Origin: Mobula hypostoma
Lineage: Eukaryota
DNA: 64,000 bases
Assembly: GCF_963921235.1 (NCBI RefSeq)
Contig: NC_086108.1
Span: 42,224,001 to 42,288,000, forward strand
Direction of reading: 5' to 3'
A program made the translations under genes and the position numbers. Positions 48,549 through 60,899 of this stretch are shown here, in pieces. The notes beneath the pieces were generated by a model. That model saw nothing but the letters and a program-made list of their open reading frames with translations. It was not told the origin of the DNA and did not search any database. Each line of letters begins with the position of its first letter. The first letter of the stretch is position 1.

Positions 48549-51319
48549 AAAGATAAGATGTGACTTTTTTATTGCTCACTTTATTTCACAAAGGTATACT
48601 GTATGTGCTGAAATACTGTCCGTCTGTGTTTTTGCTGTTAATCTCCCACTATTGAGTTGTAGTTCTTGATACGAGTTTATCTGAAGTACAGCATAGATAC
48701 TGGATTGATACCAATCCTGAGGGGAATATTGGGGAACAATTTAGAGTTATACCAATTTATGCTGCCCAGCTTGCACCAATCTCCCTGCATTCTAAATGAA
48801 CGCTGGTGTGATTCTGTTTTTCCCTGTCTTATTGAAGATTGCTTTGACCTTTTATCTTTCTTTGGCTTTAGTGAAAATTTATTGACATTTTGCCAGAGTT
48901 CCTGCTTGGAATTTGAAATATATATAAAGATATTTGAATACTAAATATTTTATATGGAATATTGAACTTAAAGTACTTTCTGGAGGTTGTTTCTGAAATT
49001 GAGTCATGCACAAAGGTAAAAGAGTTGTAATGACGTGGGGAAAAGTTGAGAATCAGATTCAGTAAATTGCTCTTTTGAATGGCCACGATTGACATGATGG
49101 ACCGTATATTTTTATTTGGTGTTCTACTATTGTATTTTGTGAGTCAATTTAGAGTTACATTTCTGATTCGCACAACATAGGAAACCGGTTGTGTCACTGT
49201 TAACTACACGTTAAAATCCACACTAAAATTTGTTTATTGGCTATTAGTTTGTTCCTAAGCTTAGATTTCGGCCAAATAAGAACAAAACTCATAACTTTTG
49301 AAATGTAATTGATAAGAGTTGGACAAAATTTATTTGACAAAATTAGTGAAATTGAGAGGTAACTTGCCCATTTCTGGAGATGTATGCTCATCTATCAATG
49401 GCAGCCTATTCAGCATTAAAAAAAACGCCTGCTGTTTTTCCTAAGCTACTTCCTGTCAAAAGTGTAACTTGGCTATGTTTCAAAGCAGGAACTGTCTATA
49501 GCTTGTTCTCAGGTGGAACCCGTTTTTTACTTGAGAGAAGATAGTGTTATAGAAACTCCACCAATGCCAGAATATTTGCCGCTATGTAGCGCTGATATTT
49601 ATTTTAGCTTTCTTTAAGTTAACCTTGCAAGCCTGCAGCACAGGAGCCCACATTCTGCTTCCTGAACTGCTGCAGGTATGGATATAAACCTGCTGTTGAC
49701 TTTACTAAAGCTTTATAACCATTTGTTCACAGGATGTCATTTTAGCTGGCCATGCCACCATTTATCCTCCTTCATGGATTGACTGCGAAATTTATTGGCA
49801 TGCTAGGCTCCTTCACAGGGAAGCTGTCAACCACATTGGGGGACTCATCATTACTGAGATTTACCCAGATTTAGTTCATTAATTGAACTTAAATTCCCGG
49901 GTTGCCATGTCTTTGTATTTGATCTGTTCTGGTACTGTATCTATAGTGTGTCACAGTGTGTATTCTGAACTTAAAAGGAAAAGTTAGTAGGATAAGTATC
50001 GGCATAGTTATCAGTTTGGCCCATTTGCGACTTTAGGAATTAAGGATGCGGGAAATCGTCACTTTTTGCTTTTTTTCACCATTTTTGTTTAAAATATATT
50101 TTTTGGAATGGTTGTATGAGTATATCAATGGTAATGTCACTTAATGTTGCTACAAGCACCTGTGGTAGGCACATTATCTGTGCATTGCATGACGGGTACT
50201 AGGGGGTACAGATAGATCATAAAAGCTTAAGAAATATGAAAGGGAGTGTGCCATTTGGCACTTCCTTCACAACCATTCATCAAGACCATGGCTGATGGTT
50301 ATCACAGCTTTGTTTTGCTTTACTCTCCTCATCCCTTCAATAACTCTCAACATGCTGAAATCTATCAATTCCTGTTTCAAATGAACTCGATGACTGAGCC
50401 TGAGGATAGAGAATTTCAAAGATTCACTACTTGGAAAAGAAATTACTCAGCTGAGCTGTTTGGTAGGGTTTTGCATTTTCTTATTGAAATACCCTTGTTG
50501 TTACCTTCTGATATTTTCATGGCATGGTTCTCCTTCTAAAACTTAGTGTATGACGTACGTATGTTATTATCATGTCCTGACAATGAAGCTTTAACAGCAG
50601 TTACTATTTATCTTAATTCTGTCTGGTATTTGTGCCTTTACTTCCTGCCTTTATACTTATAGAAAGTAATAACTGACTGCATCAATTGTCAGAGAGTTGA
50701 AAATTTCTCCCACCCTTTTCATGTGGAGTGTTTTCTACCATACAGCAAGTCTTCAAAGGCCTCATCAACTGTTTGGGCCTTAGCCATAGATTCTGTAACC
50801 TACAGTTTCTTTCTTCCTTATCTGTTCCCCTTACTGTCTTTTACACCTCAGCTGAAAATCTTCTTAACTCTAATTCAGAATCAGAATTGGGTTTAATATC
50901 ACTGGCATATGTTATTAAATGTATTAATTTATGCCTATTGCAACCTTCTTATAATCTCCTATATAGTCCATGGATTCCACTATCTCTCTGGTATACGTGT
51001 GCTGCATTCCCTTCAAAGTCATAACATCCTATCAGAGATCTGCTGTACAAAACTGAGTACAAGGAAGGGAGAGGACTTTCAAAGTAAGGAAATAGTTTGA
51101 GAACTTAAAACCTAAAGGCCTACCTGCCATCCACTAAATCTTCACTAGTAATACAATTCTGACAATATTTTGCTGTCAGCAGATTTTTGATTTTTTTTTT
51201 AAATTTCAGTTTCTAACTCAACATGAATGATTTAATACAATAGAGAAAAAATTAACCCCTAGAAACAAGTTATTTTTCCTCTGATCTCTCTTGTAATGAC
51301 ACAAAGCAATGATAAAGGC

Positions 51320-51622
51320 CCAGCAGAGACTGCAGATGCTGGAAATCTGGTTGCTGGAGAAATGTAATGAGTCAAGCAACATCTACGGAGGAAAATGAAC
51401 AGTCAACATCTTGGACCGTGGCTCCTCATCAGGACTGGAAAGTAGTGGGGGCAGAAGCCAGCACAGAAGGATAGAGAGAGGGGACGAGCAGGAGTTAGGT
51501 GAATCCAGGTGAGAGGAGAGATGGGGAGGGTAAGAATAATGTGATAAGCTGGGAGGTAATAGATGGAAGAAGGCAAAGGGATGAAGAAGAAAGAATCTGA
51601 TAGAAGACACCAGACTATGGAA
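51320..51622 (-). mobile_element. Penelope terminal fragment with degenerate hammerhead at 51400-51437
   Basis: Minus strand CAGTC-CTGATGA-GGAGCCACGGTCC-AAGAT-GTT-GACTG; purine-rich tract on +. Confidence 0.7.
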
Positions 51623-51766
51623 TTATTTTAAAACCACCTCTGAACAAAAGCTGCTCCTCAATATTTTCTGGGTTGATTTTGAAGGAGCAATGTAATGCAT
51701 TGCCAACTTGTAATTTCAATAACTTAAATTGAGGTCACAAATGTGAGATGTTACATACAATTGCGA

Positions 51767-51823
51767 AGAGATTTGAACCCATAATGTTCTGAGTTAGAAG
51801 CACGAGTGTTACCAGTTGAGCTA
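51767..51823 (-). repeat. Decayed tRNA-derived SINE head
   Basis: Minus strand TAGCTCAACTGGTA (A box) ... GGGTTCAAATCTC (B box). Confidence 0.5.
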
Positions 51824-52324
51824 AAATAGCATCTTTACTGTTAGCTTCGCTTATAAACTTCCCCCGAAGACAGCAAAAAATAGTATATTGAATAAATTCA
51901 CCATTTATTGTAATATGGCAAGAAGAATATAGGAATGGGTGTAGTCTGTTCCACCTTTCTTTCAGTTTAGTTAATTGAATCATAATTTTGTATATCTGAT
52001 TTGTCTCTATATTTTAAATTCATATCTTGAAGTTCACCAGACAAAAATTTCAATTGACACAGCCTGAACAATTTTTGTTGTGGTGATTTGGATCTAATTT
52101 TATACTGCTGTTTGTGTGAAGGATTGCTTATCTCTAATTCTATGATTATGTTTCCTTGCTCCAGATTTTACCAATATAATTGTTTCTTCCTGTCTAGGAA
52201 GATCAGCTCCTTGAAGTACTTGACAGGTCTTGAGACTGTAGTCCTGGAGCATGCAAAGGTCAACATTACATCAAGGCTTGCAGCATAGTTGTCCTTCATG
52301 TCTCTAGCCCAGAAAGGGAAAACT

Positions 52325-53420
52325 TGTTCAAGTTCAAGTTTGTTATTGTAGGCATACATATCCAGGGCAAAAGTGTCATGAAAGTTCACTTTTTGCAGCA
52401 GCAACATGGTACTTTATAATGATTAAATTATTTTAAAAGAAAGACATTACAAAGATCAATTACATAAATAAATTAACATAAAAACTTGCACAATACAATA
52501 AACAAAAATAACATAATTACATCAGTGCAAGTTGAGGGAAATATAGCCCAAGATAGAATCAAGAGTTTTCAAGTCCGTTCAAGAACCTGATAGGAGTGGG
52601 AAAGAAGCTACTGTTGAACATTGAGGTGTGGGTCTCCAAGCCACTGAACCTCCTGCCTGATAGCAGCAATTAGAAGAGGGCATTGGCAAGATGGTCAGCA
52701 TCCTTGATGAAGGATGTTGCCTTCCTGAGGCATTGTCTCTTGTAGATATCCTCAATGGTGGGGAACATTGTACCTGAGATGGATCTTGTTGAGTCCACCA
52801 CTCTGTGTAGCCTCTTGCTTTCCTGTGTATTGTACCAAGTCGTGATGCAACCACTCAGAATGCTTTTCACAGTGCACCTGTGGAAGGTTGTCAGTCTTCA
52901 GTGACATATCAAATCTCCTAAGAAAATGGAGACTCTGATATGTCTTCTTCATGTGTTGGACCTAGGATGAATCCTCCAAAATGTGACACTCAGGAACTTG
53001 AAGCAGCTCACCCTTTGCACCACAAACACTTCAGTGAGGATCGATACAAGTTTGCCTGACTTCCCCTTCCTGATGCCCACAATCAGCTCCTTATTTTTGC
53101 TGATTTTTATATAGGCATCCATTAGTTGCCCATGCTGAAAGTCTCCCTTCTCCACATCACCGATGTTGTCCAAGGGAAGGGCATTAGGACCCATACAGCT
53201 TGGCACCGGTGTCGTCGCAGAGCAATGTGTGGTTAAGTGTCTTGCTCAAGGACACAACACATTGCCTCAGCCAAGGCTCGAGCTAGCGACCTTGCTAGAC
53301 AAACGCCTTAACCACTTGGCCACGTGCCAACACTTTAGTGCAAGGTTATTGTTACAATACCATTCAACTAGCTGACATATCTTATTCCTGTATGCCTTCT
53401 ATGTCACCATCTGTGATGAA
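52325..53420 (-). mobile_element. Rex-Babar-type LINE 3' fragment with nested SINE
   Basis: SILSGCITTWY, RQCLRKATSFIKDADH, FKFL.V remnants; (AACTTG)n tail. Confidence 0.75.
53107..53333 (-). mobile_element. tRNA-derived SINE
   Basis: Minus strand GTGTTGGCACGTGGCCAAGTGGTTAAGGCG (A box) ... GCTCGAGCC (B box), then TGTGTCCTTGAGCAAGACACTTAACC core. Confidence 0.85.
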
Positions 53421-54139
53421 CAAGAAAAGCTAGATGCTAGATCAAGGTTCATCAAATTAATTTGTATGATTAGTGGCATAAGCAAAATTTCAGCTTTTAT
53501 TCTAGAACTTAACTTATTAAGTAGAATTAACAAGAAGGTTTGACTGAAGTGATGGTTAATTGAGCAATAACACATATGCTATTTGTGAGAATGTTGTCCA
53601 GGGTATGCTTTTAAGTATTTGCTGGCGGCTGCATGCTATTAGCATTCTATGTGGTGTTGCTTCCAAACAAATAAAATTCATTAGAGTAAGTAAATGGCAG
53701 AATGAAAGTACCAAGTGGTATCTGGTTGTAAAAATGTTGAGAATTATTTCTGTCAGAAATACTTAGATCAGATTGCATCTGAAATATATTGTCCTTTATT
53801 AGGCAATGATAAATATCTATGCAGTGATTAGCTGTAGAGGTTTTGACCTGTGGCAAATTTGAGTCATATGCAGGGCTGCAGAATCTGATTTCTCCCACCA
53901 GTGTGTCAGCTCACTTTGTTGCCAGTGCAACAGATTTTACTTTGCCTCCAGATTGGTCACCATGGAAATTACAAGATACATTTTCTTCATTGTTATTACA
54001 GATATAAAAATGTGATATTTGGAGAGATTGGTGGGGAGCAAAACATAATCTATATAAATATTTTTACAGCACAAGTTAACTTGAAAATAATGCCAGTGCA
54101 CAGGTTCAATATGGTTGAGAAACTTACATTGTGCTGATC

Positions 54140-54823
54140 CCCTTCATTTACTTGGGACACTATGCTGCTTAATTGGGGTAGCAGATTGTTGCCGAACAGG
54201 TTCTAACTAGAATCAGCCACGTGCACTTCTGTGGCCATTATATGCTACACTGTGCTTGGAGTGAACAGTTTTTAAATAGCAACAGTTACATTTTTTGGCA
54301 CTGATAGTTGGTGAAAAATAAGCAATAAGTCAATTCAGAACCGTTTTGTTCACCGCGGTTTCAAGCATTCACGCTTAGAGATGCCAGAAATGGCCGGAAG
54401 TGAAGATGAACAAGTTAGGAACTACAAAGAATTTGAAGGTATCGACAATCATCTTGAATGTTACAACGAAAATGAAGATTTAGATGATGCAAAGGAACAC
54501 TGTATGAAAGCAGTTCATCATCTGCACTGGGTGTCTGTTCTGATTTTGTTAATTTACAGTCAATTAGAAGAACATGGCAGCATACAATGGATGAATTCCT
54601 CCGTTGATAACTATTAGGAACTATACACAGTTCTGTAATACTGTAGTGGTATTGGTAGTGTTCTGATTTGTTCTGTATTTCATTTAAATACATAATTTGT
54701 TACTCAGTTTTTCATTTTTGTACTTTTTAACTATTTCCATGAAACTTCAGCTAATTGTAGCAACCACTTAATTGGGCCAAGATATACTGGTCCTGATGTG
54801 CCTCAATTAACCGGAATCCGCTG
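54140..54823 (+). mobile_element. Tigger/pogo-type deletion derivative (second copy, opposite orientation)
   Basis: Right TIR CAATTAACCGGAATCCGCTG + TA. ORF 54381-54617 QVRNYKEFEGIDNHLECYNENEDL matches ORF 10071-10406. Confidence 0.8.
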
Positions 54824-55635
54824 TACTAACTTCAATTGATCTGCATTTCAGAGATTTACACAAGGGAAATCCCAGTTACATGAATATCAGTGACTTGAGA
54901 CAATGCCTCCCCTCAAGTTTTAGGCCATATCTTTACCAATATATTACCAACAGTGTGAATTATGTGTTTTTTTGCATACTCAGTTGTTTGATCCCAGGGA
55001 AGTCTCAACTTAATAAACCTTCATCACTAAAGCCGATTATCTAATTGTTCAGTTTAGTGGTGGAAACGTTGGTTACTGTTATTTCTTAGCATGCCATGGG
55101 TTGGCTCACTTGGAAGGCAAATTTTTGACAGAAAGCTTATAATATTGTTCTAGCATCACTGCTTGTAACATTCTTTAACTACAATAATTAACCCAGTTCA
55201 TGAATTGATCTCTTTTTTGATCATATACTATAGAGACTCAAATGCAGAATGGTGAAAGAACAGAAAATCTGAATTGAAACTGTTAATTAAATCCTTAATC
55301 ATCATTTTGGCTTTAATAACACTATCTTCTATTTAGGTTGTTCTGATACCAGTTCAAAAACAAATCTACCTGTCAACATTGCAAAATAATTTGTTGCTTT
55401 TGAAACAATATACCATTTGCAATGTTCTCAAGTAGTAAGAAGTAAGTTCATACTTATATTTGGTGACTAAGGTGTCACTCATACAATAGTCATACCAAAT
55501 TTGTAGAGATGATTTTTTAATTAAATAAAAAGAGCTACCAGAGGTTTCAAAGTGTGACTGTGTAAATCTAGCAGGTACTTGTGCAATTTCAACTTTATAT
55601 GTCGTTGGTAAAACTGTGATATTTCTTGAAGGTTA

Positions 55636-55659
55636 CTTAAAATTCTTTTTTTTTTGCAG
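55636..55659 (+). promoter_or_regulatory. 3' splice acceptor (branch-like CTTAA, poly-T tract, CAG)
   Basis: TACTTAAAATTCTTTTTTTTTTGCAG immediately before the exon. Confidence 0.85.
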
Positions 55660-55821
55660 TCTGCCCATTTGGCCATGATTGACACACTGATGATGGCTTA
55701 CACTGTAGAAATGATCAGCATTGAGAAAGTGGTCTCCTGTGTCCAGCAGTTCACCAACTTCTTCCCAGCCACAGAACTTCCATATGACATTGAAGATGCC
55801 ATTGTCTGCTGGATAAATAAG
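55660..55821 (+). CDS. CAMSAP2: Internal coding exon of calmodulin-regulated spectrin-associated protein 2 (equivalent to mammalian exon 3), 54 codons, phase 0-0
   Basis: Translates SAHLAMIDTLMMAYTVEMISIEKVVSCVQQFTNFFPATELPYDIEDAIVCWINK between CAG| and |GTAAAA. SAHLAMIDTL and PYDIEDA fit CAMSAP2 better than CAMSAP1 as I recall them (SAHMAMVDAL, PYDLEDA). Paralog call is from memory, not a search. Confidence 0.9.
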
Positions 55822-56322
55822 GTAAAATGTCACAAATCTGATTAAATAGGATTGAAAAATGTGGTAACTATAAAAAGTTTGGAAATGAGATTGTTAGCTT
55901 CAAAAGCAATGAATGATACGAGTTGTCAACAGCTGAATATGCCACAGCTTACAGCAGCATACAAATAGCATACAAATCTGCACTTACACTTGTATCTCGA
56001 CTTCTCTCTCACTTCATGAATTCCTTTCACTCTGTTCTTGCATCTCCACTTTTCTTCCGGTTTCTTTCTCCATTGTTCTCCAAATGTATTTCTTCAGTTT
56101 CTAACCTTTCTTTCATCCCCAGTGCTGGAGTGTACCAAATTTTTACTGAGACACCGAGATCTCTGGCACCAAGGTGTGAAGTTTGTCAGATACTTTCTAA
56201 AACTGATTTATAAAGTGAGGTGAGAATTGAGCTTGAAATTACCTTGTGTTGATTAGTTCACACAAAGAGTTCACAAATTTGGGTAGCAGTGTGCCAGAAA
56301 TTTGAGACAGAAGTATGTATAT

Positions 56323-56868
56323 CAGGTGTGTGCCACTTAATGTCCATTTGGACAACGTCCGATCGCATATACGTCCCTAGTCCCGATCAGAGAATGTGAT
56401 GTAGTGGACGTAACCAATTTCATGTATCGCGTGTCTCTTGAGTGTAGTAGCGTTATCTCTCTGCTTAATTTTCTTTCGAAAATATTACCATAAAGTGCAT
56501 CGTGGCTTCCAAACGCAGGTTATTCGATCTGAAACTCTTCCAGTGGAACATTATGAGGAAGTTGAGAACAGTGATGTGGATGATCCTGATCATCTTTGCT
56601 AAATTGTGTGTGATATAGGCTAAGAAAGTGTTTATATGAAAGTTTAAAAAGTGAAAAAATTTTAAAAGATTAAAATGAAATAAAAAATATAGTGTGTCTA
56701 TGTATGTATTATAGTGTACAGTGCACAGTTTTAGTGTAAGTTCTTGGCTATTGAGTCAATACAGGGACACTACAGTACTCCATATAGGTTTGCTAAGTAT
56801 ATAATATGGTGTTCGCACAACGTTCGATTTCACAGAACGTATCGTGGATGTTAAGCGATGCATACCTG
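56323..56868. mobile_element. Tigger3/Golem-like non-autonomous DNA transposon (MITE)
   Basis: Imperfect 24-bp TIRs CAGGTGTGTGCCACTTAATGTCCA and TGGATGTTAAGCGATGCATACCTG; TA on the right and TATAT on the left. Confidence 0.7.
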
Positions 56869-56881
56869 TAGTTACTATTAC

Positions 56882-58452
56882 TAAAGAGAAGGTGCTTTGG
56901 AAACTGAAAGGTCTGAAGGTAGAAAAGTCACCTGACCAGTTGTATTAGACCCCAGAGTTCTGAAAGAGTTAGCTGAAGAGATCATGGTGGCATTAGTGGT
57001 AATTTTTAAAGAATCACTGGATTCTGGAATTTTTAGCCTAATTGGCAAGATGTTGGAGTCCATTATTAAGGATGAGAGTACTTAGAGGCACACAATTAAA
57101 CGGGATGAAGTCAACATGGTTTACTTAAGGGGCAATTTTGACTGACTTGGATTTTCAGAAGGCCATTGACAAGGTGCCATGCATGAAGCTGCTGAACAAG
57201 ATAAGAGCAAATGGTATTACAGGAAAGATACAAACATGGGTAGAATATTGGCAGAAGACAAAGAGTGGGAATAAAGAGGGCTTATTCTGGTTGTCTGACA
57301 GTGACTAGTAGTGTTCTGCAGGGGTTGGTGTTGGGTCCGCTACTTTTCATGTTATATGTTAATGATCTGGATGAAGGAATTGAGAGCTCTGTGACCAAGT
57401 TTGCGGATGGTACAAAGATAGGTGGAGGGGCATGTAATGTTGAGGAAGCAGGGAGTCTACAGAAGATATGAACAGTTTAGGAGGATGGGCAAAGTAGTGG
57501 CAGATTGTCATGTCTTGTCCGTACTGCACCAACTGCCGCCTCTGGGCTATAAACATACAGGAGTGATGTGTGGTTAAGTGCCTTGCTCAAGGACACAACA
57601 CACTGCCTCAGTTGAGGCTCGAACTCGCGACCTTCAGATCACTAGACCAACGCCTTAACCACTTGGTCACGCGCCAACACTGAATGTGTGATGGTCAGGC
57701 ACTTTGAAAGAAAGAATAAAGCTGTATATTACTTTCTAAATGGGGAGCAAGTTCAGAAATCAGAGGTGCAAAGGAACTTGGGAGTCCTTGTGCAGGATTT
57801 CCTAAAGGTTAACATGATGGTTGAGTCAGTAGTAAGGAAGAAAAATGCAATGTTAGCATTCATTTTCAGAGGACTAGTATATAAAAGCAAGGACGTAATG
57901 CTGAGATTTTATAACGCATTGTTCAGACTACCTTTGGAGCGTTATGAGCAGCTTTGGGTCTCGTATCTAAGAAAGAATGTGCTGGCATTGGAGCGGGTCC
58001 AGAGGAGTTTTTCAAGAATGATCCCAAGAATGAAAGGGTTTACATATGAGGAGAATTTGGTGGCTCTAGACTAGTACTCAATGCAGTTTAGAAGAATGAG
58101 TTAGGATCTCATTGCAATCTGCCAGATATTGAAAAACCTAAATAGAATGGACATGGAGAGTGTAGGACCAGAGGGCACAGCCTCAGAATAGAAGGGCATC
58201 TCTTTAGAACAGAGATGAGGAGGAATTTCTTTAGCCAGAGGGTGTTGCCTTTGTGAAATCCATTATCACAGTTAGCTGTGGAGGCCACGTCATTGGGTAT
58301 GTGTTAAACAGAGTTTGATAAGTTCTTGATTAGTAAGGCATCAAAGGTTATGGAAATAAGGCAGGATAATTGGGTTGAGAGGGAGAATAAAATTAGCTAA
58401 GATTGAATAATGGAGCAGAGTCAATGGGCTAATTCTGCTCCTATATCTTTGT
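56882..58452 (+). mobile_element. CR1 RT and 3' fragment (decayed) with nested SINE
   Basis: DFQKA.DKVP, VTSSVLQGLVLGPLLF.LYVNDLD, KFADGTK, LALERVQRSFSRMIP. Confidence 0.88.
57506..57680 (-). mobile_element. tRNA-derived SINE
   Basis: Minus strand GTGTTGGCGCGTGACCAAGTGGTTAAGGCG...GAGTTCGAGCC and core TGTGTCCTTGAGCAAGGCACTTAACC; short GACAA/GACAT tail. Interrupts the CR1 WQ motif. Confidence 0.85.
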
Positions 58453-58454
58453 CT

Positions 58455-59000
58455 TATGAACAGACTTGTGTTTGTGACACAATGTCCTCACCCAAAGTAA
58501 TGACATCAATTGTGAATGAGTGATTTGTGCAGCGCCTTATAATTACATCTTCCCATTCCAAAACAACCCTACTTTGATTTCTGTCTGCTAACCAATCCTT
58601 AGTCCATGCCAGTATCACACAGTGTCCAGATAATGTCTTCTGTGACGCTTTAACCAAAGCCTTCTGAAAAGTCCAAAAGAAATCACCTCTGCTGGTTCTC
58701 CTTACCTGTTCCGCTAATCACAATCTCAAATACTTTCAACAGATTATACATTTCCAATGCTACATGTTGTGTGTGTTGCTCAGGATTTCCGGCGTCTGCA
58801 GAGTCTCCATGTAACAGATTTGCCCAAATTGATTTTCCTTTCAGAAGCACATGTTGACTTTGCAGTCCTATTGTTATTTTCTGAGTGCTCCTTAATAGTA
58901 GTTTCTAGCATTTTTTCTACTGCTGATGTCAGGTTAACTGTGGTCAATGTTTTCTTTCTCCCTCCATTTCTATGATTATGTATGACTTACAGTTTCTGAG
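58455..59000 (-). mobile_element. Old CR1 RT fragment containing a tiny Penelope-terminal insertion (58746-58812)
   Basis: DFSEGF.KASQK, WTKDWLADRNQS remnants; the insertion is flanked by AACAGATT at 58738-58745 and 58813-58820. Confidence 0.55.
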
Positions 59001-60331
59001 GATCATTCTAGAATATTCAGAAATTCTTCAGTACTATTAATTTATACCAAACAATATTTTTGATTAACACGTATTTCTTTAAGCTGTTAATTGATTTTAG
59101 ACTAGTTCTGCGCTTTTACCAGGAGGTCCTCTGTGTCTTCCATGAAAACAGATATAACATTTGTTTTAATTTCGCTGGATGATTATTATTATTATTATCA
59201 TTATTTCCAATGTAATTTCCGCTGTCTCTGTCTACGAATGTTCCATATTAACTTTTGCCTTTTCTTGCCTTTGTACCTATCTATCGAGATTTTTTTCTTG
59301 CTTACTTTGTGTTTCTCTCTACTTTTCTCTGACATTCTACTTTTCCTTTCCTTGTTTATGTCGTGCTGAGTTCTACCATGCGCACAGATCTCAGATTTAA
59401 TGACAGATCTAGTGCAGGACTGCACCATTTGTATAATTGGTCCCTGGGGCGCATGAAATATCTCAATGTTTCACGAAAGTGACGTGTTCTTCATTCAGTA
59501 TCTTTCAGAAATCCAGTTGATATAATGAAAGTAGCTGTAGTTCTCCTTTCTAGCAATTATATCACTGTGTGAAAGGATCATAATGTTGTTCTGATTTGAT
59601 ACATCCAAGCTCTGTCCAAAATAGAAACCCACCAGTCAGGACTCTGAAAATCAAAGAAATCATAGCCTTCATGTAAAATATTTACAGGTCCTCATTGTCT
59701 CTCTGATAACTGCAGCCTTTTTAACAAGTTTTATTCACGTCTTTGCACTGTTCTTAACCTAAAATTCTCAGAGCATAAGGCTGTTCTGTGTTCAGTTGAG
59801 CAGAGTTGAAAGCAAGTTTCAGCCTCCTTTTTCCAAAAAAAAGAATTTGTGAGGGCACAATAGGAATTGTATAATTCACAACAATATAAGTATTTTAATA
59901 ATCATCAACTAAATACTGGTCATAATTACTGCTTTTTTAAATGCAGCTTTTCATAAACTGAGAGAGATGTTCTTGAGTTCCTCTGTGGTTAACTGTCTTC
60001 AAACAGTAAGCAATCAGAGCTGTTTACATATTCTGTCCATGCCAACAGCTAATAATCAGGTGAAATAATTAAAGGCTATTTGCTTAAGAATTCAACTTTA
60101 CTTTGAACTCAGAGTAAGAGTTCTGAGCTTAATGCAGGTTAATTTTATAAAGCAAAGAGCTTCAACAGTGAAATAATCAAGAATTTGTTTATTTTTCTCT
60201 TTCCTTCTCCTCCTGTTGCTTTAGCCCACTCTTTCTCCATTTGCTATCTACATTAATTCTGTCATCGGCCCTCTGCAGTTGTACCTAAAAACAGGGCCTT
60301 TCTGAAGCTTAAGATCAGTATTCTGGTACAA

Positions 60332-60762
60332 AACCATAAGACACAGGAGCAGAATTAGGCCATTTGGTCCATCGAGTCTGCTCCACCATTCCATCATGGC
60401 TGATTTATTTAAAAACGCAAACATGAGGAAATCTGCAGATGCTGGGGTCCCGGCCCGAAACGTCGACTGTATCTCTTCCTATAGATGCTTCCTGGCCTGC
60501 TACGATCATCAGCATTTTTTTTTTGTGTGGTGGCTGATTTATTACCTCTTTCAACCCCATTCTCCTGCCTTCTTCCCATAACCTTTGACACCCTTCCTAG
60601 TCAAGAACCTTTCAACCTCCACATTAAATATACCCAATGACTGGGCCTCCCCAGCCATCTGTGGCAAAAAAATCCACAGATTCATTGTCCTCTGGCCAAA
60701 GTAATTCCTCCTCATTTCTGTTCTACTGGGACGCCCTTGTATTCTGAGGCTGTGCCCTCTGG
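60332..60762 (-). mobile_element. CR1 3' fragment with nested inverted Penelope-terminal insertion (60410-60530)
   Basis: RGHSLRIQGRPSRTEMRRNYFGQR remnant; nested piece flanked by TGGCTGATTTATT at 60397-60409 and 60531-60543. Confidence 0.8.
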
Positions 60763-60899
60763 CATCACAGCTAACAAGATACTGATGCACAGTGGGAACT
60801 TTGGACTGCACGTATCAATTCAGCTTAGAGAATCACTGTGTTGGAGATGATGTCATGCCATAGCCTTTAGAGGACTAAGCGGCCTTCAACTAAAATTTA

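Noticed and set aside
57600..57680. Bona fide tRNA gene (also 53260-53333 and 51767-51823)
   Set aside because: A and B boxes are present, but there is no complete acceptor stem or poly-T terminator, and the two clearer copies run into a SINE core and interrupt other repeats.
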